Assembly: GCA_039930605.1 (NCBI GenBank)
Contig: JBDTTM010000001.1
Span: 1-41,016, forward strand
DNA: 41,016 nucleotides
Reading direction: 5' to 3'
DNA from: Bacteroidota bacterium
GTDB taxonomy: Bacteria; Bacteroidota; Bacteroidia; AKYH767-A; 2013-40CM-41-45
This document shows, piece by piece, positions 1 through 8,076 of this stretch. The notes under the pieces were generated by a model. It was given only the letters and a program-made list of their open reading frames with translations. It was not told the origin of the DNA and searched no databases. Made by a program: the position numbers and the translations under genes. Numbering within the stretch: position 1 is the stretch's first letter; the number at the start of each line of letters is the position of its first letter.

Positions 1-1565
1 GTACGCTTTCGGCAAAAAAATTCGGGGGTGATGAAAAGGTGGAAATCAAAAAGCAAGAACCAGCAAAGGCTGAACCGGTGAAAGCTGCATCAGCTCCGCA
101 ACCTGTGGAAAGCGGAAATCCACAGTTAAGACGTAAACGGATAATTCCACCAAAGAAAGAAGGAGAAGCAGGAACATCTGTACAGACCACTGCTCCTGTA
201 GTGAGGACACAGGCGCCAAAGCCGGTAGTAGAAAAAAGAATGCCTGAGGAAGTCGTTTTAAAAGAAGTAGCTCCTGAAATGAGAGAGCCTGTGCGCGAGC
301 AACAAACCCAGCAGCAACGGAATGATTTCGACAGAGGAAATGGGAACAATAACAACAGTAACAACAACAACAACAACGGGAATAACAATAACAACAACAA
401 TACTTACCGTCAGCGTAAAGAATTCACCATCCAGGAACCGGTATATGAACTGGATAGTGTGATTACGGCAGAAGGCGTTCTTGAAATCATGCCTGATGGA
501 TTTGGATTCCTCAGGTCATCAGATTACAATTACCTTACGTCTCCCGATGATGTTTATGTATCAGTTTCACAAATTAAATTATTCGGTATTAAGACAGGTG
601 ATACAGTAAGGGGAACTGTGCGACCTCCCCGCGAAGGAGAAAAATATTTTCCGCTGGTAAAGGTTGACCTTGTGAATGGCCAGGATCCACAGGTGGCAAA
701 GGACAGGATTCATTTTGACTACCTCACTCCCCTCTTCCCTTTTGAAAAATTAAACCTCAGTGGAGATAAATCAAACTACACAACACGTGTAATGGATATG
801 TTCACACCAATAGGTAAAGGCCAGCGTGGACTTGTAGTTGCACAGCCAAAGACGGGTAAAACAACAGTTCTCAAAGACATTGCCAATGCTATCGCGGCAA
901 ATCACCCGGAAGTTTACCTGATCGTATTATTGATCGATGAACGTCCCGAGGAAGTTACGGATATGGCAAGAAGTGTAAATGCTGAAGTGGTGGCATCTAC
1001 TTTTGATGAGCCGGCTGAACGCCACGTAAAAATTGCAAACATCGTCCTTGAAAAAGCAAAACGCATGGTTGAATGCGGGCATGATGTAGTGATCGTACTT
1101 GATTCCATCACCCGGTTAGCACGGGCATATAATACGGTAGCGCCTGCCTCAGGCAAGGTACTGAGTGGTGGTGTTGAAGCAAATGCCTTGCACAAGCCGA
1201 AGCGTTTTTTCGGCTCTGCCCGTAAAATTGAAAATGGCGGCTCTCTTACCATCATTGCAACAGCGTTAACTGAAACAGGATCGAGAATGGATGAAGTTAT
1301 CTTTGAAGAATTCAAAGGAACAGGTAACATGGAGTTGCAGTTAGAGAGGAAGCTTTCAAACAAACGTATTTTCCCTGCTATTGACCTGGTTGCTTCCAGT
1401 ACACGGAGGGATGATTTGTTGCTCGACAAGGAAATGCTTCAGAAAATGTGGATCTTGCGCAATCACCTTTCTGATATGACTGCGATGGAAGCGATGGAAT
1501 TCCTCTTACAGAACATGAAAGGAACCAAATCGAATGAAGAGTTTTTGATTTCAATGAACGGTTGA
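1..1565 (+). CDS. rho: Transcription termination factor Rho, 5'-truncated by the window edge. The frame is open from nt 3, so the GTG at 39 in the ORF track is internal.
   Basis: RNA-binding OB region [20 protein letters not shown]. Walker [86 protein letters not shown]. No stop codon between nt 3 and 39 in the same frame. Confidence 0.93.
   Translation, partial: TLSAKKFGGDEKVEIKKQEPAKAEPVKAASAPQPVESGNPQLRRKRIIPPKKEGEAGTSVQTTAPVVRTQAPKPVVEKRMPEEVVLKEVAPEMREPVREQQTQQQRNDFDRGNGNNNNSNNNNNNGNNNNNNNTYRQRKEFTIQEPVYELDSVITAEGVLEIMPDGFGFLRSSDYNYLTSPDDVYVSVSQIKLFGIKTGDTVRGTVRPPREGEKYFPLVKVDLVNGQDPQVAKDRIHFDYLTPLFPFEKLNLSGDKSNYTTRVMDMFTPIGKGQRGLVVAQPKTGKTTVLKDIANAIAANHPEVYLIVLLIDERPEEVTDMARSVNAEVVASTFDEPAERHVKIANIVLEKAKRMVECGHDVVIVLDSITRLARAYNTVAPASGKVLSGGVEANALHKPKRFFGSARKIENGGSLTIIATALTETGSRMDEVIFEEFKGTGNMELQLERKLSNKRIFPAIDLVASSTRRDDLLLDKEMLQKMWILRNHLSDMTAMEAMEFLLQNMKGTKSNEEFLISMNG
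336..401 (+). repeat. AAC/AAT-rich coding microsatellite encoding [22 protein letters not shown] inside the Rho N-terminal insertion
   Basis: Direct reading: runs of aac/aat codons, including six consecutive aac. The tract lies in a Q/N/P/E-rich low-complexity stretch (about nt 39-420). Confidence 0.9.
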
Positions 1566-1596
1566 TTTTCTAAAAGGCAAACTGCTAGATTTCAGT

Positions 1597-1959
1597 ATGA
1601 AAATTCTGATTTGTGAAGATGATGAGATGGTGTTGAAGATGGTTGAATTCAAACTTCGTAAGGAAGGTTATGAAGTACATCTTGCGCATGATGGGAAGGA
1701 ATCTGCTGCGAGGATTGAAGAATTAAAACCTGACCTGATCATCACTGATATTATGATGCCCTACCTCAATGGACTGGAGATTGTGAATCACGTAAGGAAG
1801 ACACTTAAGTATAAAACGCCCATCATTATCGTCTCATCCATTGGACTGGAGAAAACGGTATTGGAAGCTTTTCAACTCGGTGCGGATGATTTTATCACCA
1901 AACCTTTCAGTCCAAATGAACTCTCCGTTCGTGTAAAAAAATTGTTGATGAAAGCATAA
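1597..1959 (+). CDS. Stand-alone response-regulator receiver (CheY-like, no output domain)
   Basis: 120 aa. Acidic pocket CEDDE, phospho-acceptor Asp in LIITDIMMP, IIIVSS, and conserved Lys in FITKPF. Confidence 0.88.
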   Translation: MKILICEDDEMVLKMVEFKLRKEGYEVHLAHDGKESAARIEELKPDLIITDIMMPYLNGLEIVNHVRKTLKYKTPIIIVSSIGLEKTVLEAFQLGADDFITKPFSPNELSVRVKKLLMKA

Positions 1960-2001
1960 ATATTTCATCGCACAGAAAATTTTTTTTCTTTTCTTTCGAA
2001 A

Positions 2002-3417
2002 ATGATTCAGCGGGTATTCTTATGGTCTGTATTCATTGCTTTTTTATGCATGAAACCAACGAATGGGTTTGCGCAAAAAAAAGCTGTTTCTGACACGATC
2101 ATTGTTGTTAGCGATACCACGGACATTGATGCACTTTTCAAACGGGCCCGGAACCTCGCTTACAATAAGGAATACATCCAATCGAGGAAAATTCTGAATG
2201 CCATTCTGGATAGCAAACAGGATTATTATGATGTCCGGTCATTTTTAGGCCGCACGTATGCATGGGACCAGCAATACAATGAAGCCCGGACAGAATTCAG
2301 TAAGGTATTGATAGAAAAACCTGATTTTGCAGATGCGCTTGATGCCTTGATCGATGTTGAAATATGGACAGAACAATTTACTGTTGCCAATGAATACATC
2401 AAGATTGCTTTGGGTTACTTTCCGACCTCGGAACTTTTCCTGATGAAAAAAGTGAAAGTAAGTTTACGACAGCAGGATAAACTTACAGCTTCACTGACTT
2501 TGCGAAAGATCCTGGAATTAAATCCCGGTAACAAGGATGCATTGAAAATGCTGAATGAGACTGGAGGATTAAAACTCAACAATCATCTTACTTTCGGTTA
2601 CGTGGTTGATTTCTACAACAGGCAAAACACCCCGCAACAACTTTCTTCGGTTGAATATGGCAAGAGTTTTAAATTCGCATCCCTTAGTTTGAGAGGCAAC
2701 TATGCTGATAAATTCGGAAAAGGCGGATGGCAGGGTGAGCTGGATGCGTATGTGAATTTTGTGAAAGGGACTTATGCATACCTGAACGGCGGCTATTCCC
2801 AGGTTTCCATTTTTCCGGATTATAAATTCGGAGGTGATATTTATCAAAAACTCTTTGGAGGATTTGAAATGTCACTTGGCGCGCGTTACCTTCATTTTGA
2901 CACCAATGATTCCCTCAAGCTAAAGGTTGGAAAAAAGGTAAGCAGTCCCCGTGATGACTCACTTATCTATTTGAAGAAAAATCAGGGTACTTTGCTATAC
3001 ACCGTTTACCTTGGAAATTACTTCCGGAACTATTGGTTTTCTTTAAGGGCTTATTACACGCCGCAGATTACCTTGAAAAACACTGTCGGAAACTCTATTA
3101 ATAAAGACGCAAGTACGACCCTGATATTAAATATCAGGTACTATGTAAGTGATGCCGACAATTACATTGGAATAAAATTAGGCAGTGGCCGTTCGCCCGA
3201 TGTACCATCCGCTGCAACACTTGATCCTGCGACCTTGAAAGCCGATGCCGGAGACCCTGCTACACTGAAAAGTTATTCCGGTGGAGTCGAAATTCAACGT
3301 GCAGCATTTGGAAGATGGCTGGTGAAAGGTGAAATGGGATATACCAGGGAACAGGCCGCTGCTGACAGATTTTTTCAGCGCATCACATTGAATATTTCTC
3401 TTAAAAACATTTTCTGA
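2002..3417 (+). CDS. Outer-membrane protein: signal peptide, TPR-like N-half, YaiO-like beta-barrel C-half (PgaA/NfrA-style exporter architecture)
   Basis: Signal peptide ending GFAQ. Helical repeat region with A/Y/L spacing typical of TPR (about aa 40-190). The C-half is rich in alternating aromatic/hydrophilic strands (TFGYVVDFY, YAYLNGGYS, LLYTVYLGNYF, LILNIRYYV) and ends ISLKNIF. The YaiO assignment is from memory of the family, not a search. Confidence 0.65.
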   Translation: MIQRVFLWSVFIAFLCMKPTNGFAQKKAVSDTIIVVSDTTDIDALFKRARNLAYNKEYIQSRKILNAILDSKQDYYDVRSFLGRTYAWDQQYNEARTEFSKVLIEKPDFADALDALIDVEIWTEQFTVANEYIKIALGYFPTSELFLMKKVKVSLRQQDKLTASLTLRKILELNPGNKDALKMLNETGGLKLNNHLTFGYVVDFYNRQNTPQQLSSVEYGKSFKFASLSLRGNYADKFGKGGWQGELDAYVNFVKGTYAYLNGGYSQVSIFPDYKFGGDIYQKLFGGFEMSLGARYLHFDTNDSLKLKVGKKVSSPRDDSLIYLKKNQGTLLYTVYLGNYFRNYWFSLRAYYTPQITLKNTVGNSINKDASTTLILNIRYYVSDADNYIGIKLGSGRSPDVPSAATLDPATLKADAGDPATLKSYSGGVEIQRAAFGRWLVKGEMGYTREQAAADRFFQRITLNISLKNIF

Positions 3418-3422
3418 TATCT

Positions 3423-4757
3423 ATGAAAGTCCGTTCCATTGCTTTTTTGCTTTCTATTTTTTGTATTCATGTGTCATCCGGCCAGGTTAAGCCGGCAGTA
3501 GAAAAAAAGATAAAGGAATATGGTGAAGCATTCTTTGAAAAAGATACGCTCCATTCTTTTAAAATTTATTTTACACAATGTAATTACATTGATTCACTCA
3601 GGATCTACAAGCATGTCGGGGATTCATTGAGGAATAATAAATACCTGCAGGCGAACATCATGGTTGATGGCAAGATGATTTTTGCCTGCGGCATCCGGTA
3701 TAAAGGAGAATCGAGTTATGACTTTTATCCGGGTGTAAAAAAATCTTTTCGAATCAAATTTGATAAGTTTAAAAAAGGACAGGATTACAAGGGTCTTTGT
3801 GAAATAAACCTGACCAATAATTTCAAGGATCCTACGATGCTGCGCGAAAAATTGTACCTGGACATCTTGAATAAAAACGGACTTCCTGCTCCTCGTGCAA
3901 CCTATGCAAAGGTTTATATCAATGACAAATTCTGGGGATTTTACCTTGCCACTGAAAATATAGATGATGTTTTTTTAGAACGGAATTTTCATGAAGCCAA
4001 AGGCAACCTATACCAGGGAGAGCCATTGGCAAATTTTGTTGATTACGGAGCCCGGCAGGATTCCTATTACAACAAATACGTATTGAAGACGAACACGAAA
4101 AAAAATGACTGGAGTGACCTTGTCCGGTTCATCCAGCTTATCAATGATTCGTCAGGAACTGAAGCGGAATACCAGAAGCGCCTCGAGGCAAAATTCTCTT
4201 TGCATCAATGCCTGAAAGCATGGGCAATCAATAACCTGATCGGTAATGTGGATGCCTACAATATGTTTTACCCGCATAATTTTTTTGTGTACCATGATAC
4301 TGTTTCAAGCAGGTGGCATTGGATCTCCCTGGATGGAAATTATGCTTTCGCAGCTTGGAATCCGATATTGAATTATGACCAGTTAATCAGGATGAATATC
4401 CTGATCCCGGATTCTGTGCCTTATCGCGATGAGCGTCCGTTGTTAACGCGCACTCTTGGCAGGAATAAATTGATTCAAAGACAATATCTCCTGTATCTCC
4501 GTGAATTATTAAATACTGATTTCCTCCCGGAGAATATTAATAAAATGGTGGATAGTTTGTCTGCAAAAATACGGCTGGGAGTTTATGCTGATTCCAACAA
4601 AATGTATTCGAATACGGACTTTGACTCGAACCTTTCTTCTACAATCGGTGATCCAACAGATCCGGGTAATTTCATTCCAGGCATCAAAAGTTACATTGCC
4701 GACAGGAGAAAAAATATACTGGATCAACTGGAAACCTTGTTGAAAAAGTTGGAGTAG
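3423..4757 (+). CDS. Secreted CotH-family (atypical kinase fold) protein
   Basis: Signal peptide MKVRSIAFLLSIFCIHVSSGQ. CotH-like blocks RYKGESSYDF, SFRIKFDKF, LREKLYLDILN, YAKVYINDKFWGFY, VDAYNMFYPHNFFVYHD, RWHWISLDGNYAF. Starts 5 nt after the upstream gene. Confidence 0.75.
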   Translation: MKVRSIAFLLSIFCIHVSSGQVKPAVEKKIKEYGEAFFEKDTLHSFKIYFTQCNYIDSLRIYKHVGDSLRNNKYLQANIMVDGKMIFACGIRYKGESSYDFYPGVKKSFRIKFDKFKKGQDYKGLCEINLTNNFKDPTMLREKLYLDILNKNGLPAPRATYAKVYINDKFWGFYLATENIDDVFLERNFHEAKGNLYQGEPLANFVDYGARQDSYYNKYVLKTNTKKNDWSDLVRFIQLINDSSGTEAEYQKRLEAKFSLHQCLKAWAINNLIGNVDAYNMFYPHNFFVYHDTVSSRWHWISLDGNYAFAAWNPILNYDQLIRMNILIPDSVPYRDERPLLTRTLGRNKLIQRQYLLYLRELLNTDFLPENINKMVDSLSAKIRLGVYADSNKMYSNTDFDSNLSSTIGDPTDPGNFIPGIKSYIADRRKNILDQLETLLKKLE

Positions 4758-4839
4758 CAACTGCTTTTCACTGCCCGGTGCTTTTACTTTTGCTTTCGCC
4801 TTAATAATTCACATTTACTTTTTTTAAGTGCAGCCAGTT

Positions 4840-5985
4840 ATGTCATTTCTTCAGATTGATCTTTATGAAATTCCTAATACTGCTGATGAATGGGGAAAGC
4901 TATTGTACTCCTTCCCTATTCACATCAGAATATTAATGGGCGTCATTTTAATTTTTTGCCTCATCATAACCATTCTGTTTGCTGTAATCATTGGCAGCCG
5001 TATTTTCAAGACGAACAGGAGCAGAACAGAAAAATACATCAGAAAAAAATACCAGCCGGTTTTTACCCAGCTTCTGTTTGAAGATGACAGCAGATTAATT
5101 TCCGGGACATTTTTTACTTTGTTTGATAAAAATGACCTGAAGAATAAGCACCGGAGGAGTGTTCTTCTTGAGGAGCTGATACACCTGCATGAAAATTTTA
5201 CCGGAGAAACGGCTGTGCGCCTGGAGTTAATTTACCGCAAACTGGAATTTCACCAGGACTCTTTGGAAAAGCTCAAAAGCAGGAAGTGGTACCTTGTGGC
5301 GAAGGGTTTGCGTGAACTGGCGTTGATGAACATCAGGGAGGCAACAACACCAATTCTGCAATTTATCAAAAGCAAGAATGAAATTCTCCGTATGGAAGCC
5401 CGGATAGCATTGGTAAAATTAAGCGAAAAAGATCCCCTGTTTTTCCTGGAGAAAGAAAGCGAGGCCCTGAGTGCCTGGGATATGGCCAATTTGCATGCGA
5501 TGCTTGTCAAAATTCCTGAAGGCAATATTCCTGCCTTTAATACCTGGCTAAACTCACCGAATAAATCAGTTGTACTATTTTGTATTTCGATGATCGGTGC
5601 ATTCAAACAGAATAGCGCAGTTCCGATATTGATAAAGCTCCTGGAAAGCGATGATGATTCATTCAAGCAGGCTGTGATTAAGGCCCTGCGTGAAATGAAT
5701 GCGCTGCAGGCGGAAGAAAAATTAATCAGTATGTATGCACATGAATCTTCTCTAGTGCAGAATGAAATCCTGAGGTCGCTGGAAACAATTGCTTCAGAAA
5801 AAAGCATACCGCTTTATGAAAGGATACTCCGGCAACCTGTTCCTGAGTTGCAGCATGCTTTACATTCCGTGAAAGGACTGGTCACACTTGGAGATCGTGG
5901 GAAAAAAATTCTTTCTGCGATAGCAGACTTAAAAAATGAAAGGCTTCAGCTTATAATAAGTCATGCATCCGATGCACGGATGTAA
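4840..5985 (+). CDS. Single-pass membrane protein with HEAT / PBS-lyase-like repeats (alternative GTG start at 4828)
   Basis: TM helix ILMGVILIFCLIITILFAVIIG followed by a basic stretch. Repeated approximately 30-aa helical units (ARIALVKLSEKDP, AVPILIKLLESDDDSFKQAVIKALREM, NEILRSLETIASEKSIPLYERIL). Confidence 0.7.
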   Translation: MSFLQIDLYEIPNTADEWGKLLYSFPIHIRILMGVILIFCLIITILFAVIIGSRIFKTNRSRTEKYIRKKYQPVFTQLLFEDDSRLISGTFFTLFDKNDLKNKHRRSVLLEELIHLHENFTGETAVRLELIYRKLEFHQDSLEKLKSRKWYLVAKGLRELALMNIREATTPILQFIKSKNEILRMEARIALVKLSEKDPLFFLEKESEALSAWDMANLHAMLVKIPEGNIPAFNTWLNSPNKSVVLFCISMIGAFKQNSAVPILIKLLESDDDSFKQAVIKALREMNALQAEEKLISMYAHESSLVQNEILRSLETIASEKSIPLYERILRQPVPELQHALHSVKGLVTLGDRGKKILSAIADLKNERLQLIISHASDARM

Positions 5986-6010
5986 ATGATAAAAAGGATG
6001 AATTGAACAC

Positions 6011-7441
6011 ATGGGATACTTTTTCTATTACTTCACAAAATTCGCGGATCACTTTATACTGGTGTATTCATGCCTGATTTTTGCTACCTATGTAATCCTA
6101 TCCACTTATTCAGGACTTGACATCATCAATTATATCAGGAAGAACAGTTTTATTGACTACAGGACCATCTTGACCGCTCCGACGGCGCCTTCCATTTCTA
6201 TTCTTGCCCCGGCATACAATGAAGAGGCAACCATCGTGGACAACATCCGGTCACTGCTGAATATCCACTATGTAAACTTCGAGGTGATCATCATCAATGA
6301 CGGCAGCAAGGACAAAACGATGCAATTAATGATTGAAGCGTACGACCTGGAGCCGGTTCCGTATGCCTTTGACCAGAAGATAGACTGTAAACCGATCCGT
6401 GCTGTTTACAAATCAAGAATTCCATCACTTACCAAACTTACAGTGGTCGACAAGGTGAATGGCGGAAAAGCAGATGCGCTCAATTCGGGAATCAACGTGA
6501 GCAAGTACGATTACTTTGCTGCGATTGATGTTGACTGTGTTCTTGAATATGAGGCATTGCTTAAAATGGTAAAACCATTTATGGAGCAAACCGATAAAGA
6601 AAGAGTAATTGCCGTGGGAGGTGTAGTTCGAATTGCGAATTCATGCAAGGTGCAGGATGGAAAAATTGTTGAAGTCAACCTGCCGAAGGATTTTTTGCCA
6701 CGCGCGCAGGTACTTGAATATATCAGGGCATTCCTGATGGGTCGCATGGCCTGGAGTAAGCTCAATGGACTGATCCTGATCTCGGGTGCCTTTGGAATGT
6801 TTGACAAAACAATTGCCATTGATTCAGGCGGCTACAATCATAAGACCGTCGGTGAAGATATGGAGCTTGTTATTCGCATGCGCCGGCTGATGGAAGAGCA
6901 GAAAATAAAATACAAGGTTGTTTATCTTCCTGATCCATTGTGCTGGACGGAGGCGCCGGCAAGTTTCAAGATCCTTGGACGCCAGCGAAATCGCTGGACA
7001 CGCGGAACGGCGGAAACACTCTGGTTTCATAAAAATTTAATTTTCAATCCGCGTTACAGGTTCCTGGGAATGGTATCCATGCCTTATTGGCTGATCTTTG
7101 AATGGCTTGCTCCCATTATTGAATCGCTTGCATTTGTTTACCTTATAGTGATGGCCTTCCTGGGAATATTGAATATCGAACTCTTCATCACGCTTTTTTT
7201 CGTGATCTACACTTTCGCAATTATGTACTCGACCAGTGCAATATTATTTGAAGAGTTATCATATCACCAGTACAAGAAAAAGCGGGATATCATCAGGTTA
7301 CTCATGACTGCTTTGATTGAGCCGGTCCTTATACATCCTATGACCGTTTACTATGCCATCAGGGGAAACCTTGATTTACTTACCGGCGTCCGCAACTGGG
7401 GTGACATGCAACGAAAGGGTTTTGCAAAGAAGAAGCCCTGA
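6011..7441 (+). CDS. Processive family-2 glycosyltransferase, PgaC/IcaA-like polysaccharide synthase
   Basis: N-terminal TM segment. GT2 core motifs APAYNEE, INDGSKD, AIDVDC (DxD), VGEDMEL, QRNRWTRG (QxxRW). Three to four C-terminal TM helices. 25 nt after the HEAT gene. Confidence 0.88.
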   Translation: MGYFFYYFTKFADHFILVYSCLIFATYVILSTYSGLDIINYIRKNSFIDYRTILTAPTAPSISILAPAYNEEATIVDNIRSLLNIHYVNFEVIIINDGSKDKTMQLMIEAYDLEPVPYAFDQKIDCKPIRAVYKSRIPSLTKLTVVDKVNGGKADALNSGINVSKYDYFAAIDVDCVLEYEALLKMVKPFMEQTDKERVIAVGGVVRIANSCKVQDGKIVEVNLPKDFLPRAQVLEYIRAFLMGRMAWSKLNGLILISGAFGMFDKTIAIDSGGYNHKTVGEDMELVIRMRRLMEEQKIKYKVVYLPDPLCWTEAPASFKILGRQRNRWTRGTAETLWFHKNLIFNPRYRFLGMVSMPYWLIFEWLAPIIESLAFVYLIVMAFLGILNIELFITLFFVIYTFAIMYSTSAILFEELSYHQYKKKRDIIRLLMTALIEPVLIHPMTVYYAIRGNLDLLTGVRNWGDMQRKGFAKKKP

Positions 7442-7473
7442 AGTTTTCTTTATTGCTGAGAAATTTCGGTTTG

Positions 7474-7501
7474 TGATTTTTAGTGATATTATTAAAAATC
7501 A
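7474..7501. terminator. AT-rich 9-bp inverted repeat between convergent genes (possible weak bidirectional terminator)
   Basis: tgattttta (7474-7482) and taaaaatca (7493-7501) are perfect reverse complements with a 10-nt loop. The stem is all A/T apart from one G/C pair, so stability is low. Confidence 0.3.
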
Positions 7502-7508
7502 AATCCGG

Positions 7509-7646
7509 TCATTCATCATTCTTCACAATTTCATGATTTTGTTTCCCCTGACTTTCTTTATCATGCGGTGCCTTTAAGACCAGCAACAGAAACAGTGCTG
7601 CGCAGAATAGCAGGAAAATTTTATTGAAGGTGCTCAGGTTTTTCAT
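7509..7646 (-). CDS. Possible 45-aa small membrane/secreted peptide (below the ORF-track cutoff)
   Basis: Hand translation: MKNLSTFNKIFLLFCAALFLLLVLKAPHDKESQGKQNHEIVKNDE. It has a hydrophobic core and a charged tail, and sits directly downstream of the 83-aa ORF on the same strand. No homology is recognised. Confidence 0.25.
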   Translation of the reverse strand: MKNLSTFNKIFLLFCAALFLLLVLKAPHDKESQGKQNHEIVKNDE

Positions 7647-7654
7647 TTTACAGC

Positions 7655-7906
7655 TTAGTTAAAGAGTTGTGCCCTTACAATCGTATTTACGTCAATCATA
7701 TTTCCGAGTCTATGATGTGCATTCAGCTCATGTGCCTTTTTCGCATCGCTGTAGTCATTCAGTTTTGAGGTATGAATAAAATAATATTCAATCCTTGCAT
7801 CCCTGATATTATAGCGTGCAACCAGCATTCCTTCGTTAATAGAACCGCCGCGGAACATGAAAACGCCTAATTGATGGATAATGTCTTGTACTTCTCTTGT
7901 GCTCAT
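7655..7906 (-). CDS. Hypothetical 83-aa protein
   Basis: ATG-initiated ORF with a TATTTTTG -7 box 24 nt upstream. No family recognised. Confidence 0.55.
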   Translation of the reverse strand: MSTREVQDIIHQLGVFMFRGGSINEGMLVARYNIRDARIEYYFIHTSKLNDYSDAKKAHELNAHHRLGNMIDVNTIVRAQLFN

Positions 7907-7929
7907 ATCTTTGTGTTTGTTTGATGGGT

Positions 7930-7937
7930 CAAAAATA
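7930..7937 (-). promoter_or_regulatory. Putative Bacteroidota sigma-A -7 box (TATTTTTG on the minus strand)
   Basis: Plus strand reads caaaaata. Matches TAnnTTTG, 24 nt upstream of the ATG at 7906. Confidence 0.4.
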
Positions 7938-8076
7938 GGCTGACAATGCCCCCTATTTCAATAATTATTGGTAAAAACAGGGTATTGCCTAAGTAGAAAG
8001 CCCTAATCGTAGGGCGAATCACTATTACTCGCAATGTAAATAGGGTGCTTTCTTTAGTAATTTCTAATATTGCGCC

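Noticed and set aside
336-401. AAC/AAT repeat in rho as an on/off phase-variation switch
   Set aside because: The repeat unit is a trinucleotide, so slippage keeps the reading frame. Only length variation of the Asn tract is expected.
914-1429. 171-aa minus-strand ORF inside rho
   Set aside because: It is fully antisense to a strongly supported rho frame, and it is a low-complexity Ser/Leu-rich translation typical of shadow ORFs.
5250-5807. 185-aa minus-strand ORF inside the HEAT-repeat gene
   Set aside because: It is antisense to the better-supported plus-strand frame, which sits in operon context and has repeat structure. No motif was recognised.
6011-7441. Calling the polymer poly-beta-1,6-GlcNAc (PNAG) and the gene pgaC
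   Set aside because: Similarity to PgaC/IcaA is by eye only. No PgaB-type deacetylase or PgaD is present, and GT2 QxxRW synthases with this layout make several different polymers. The gene symbol and product are therefore left open.
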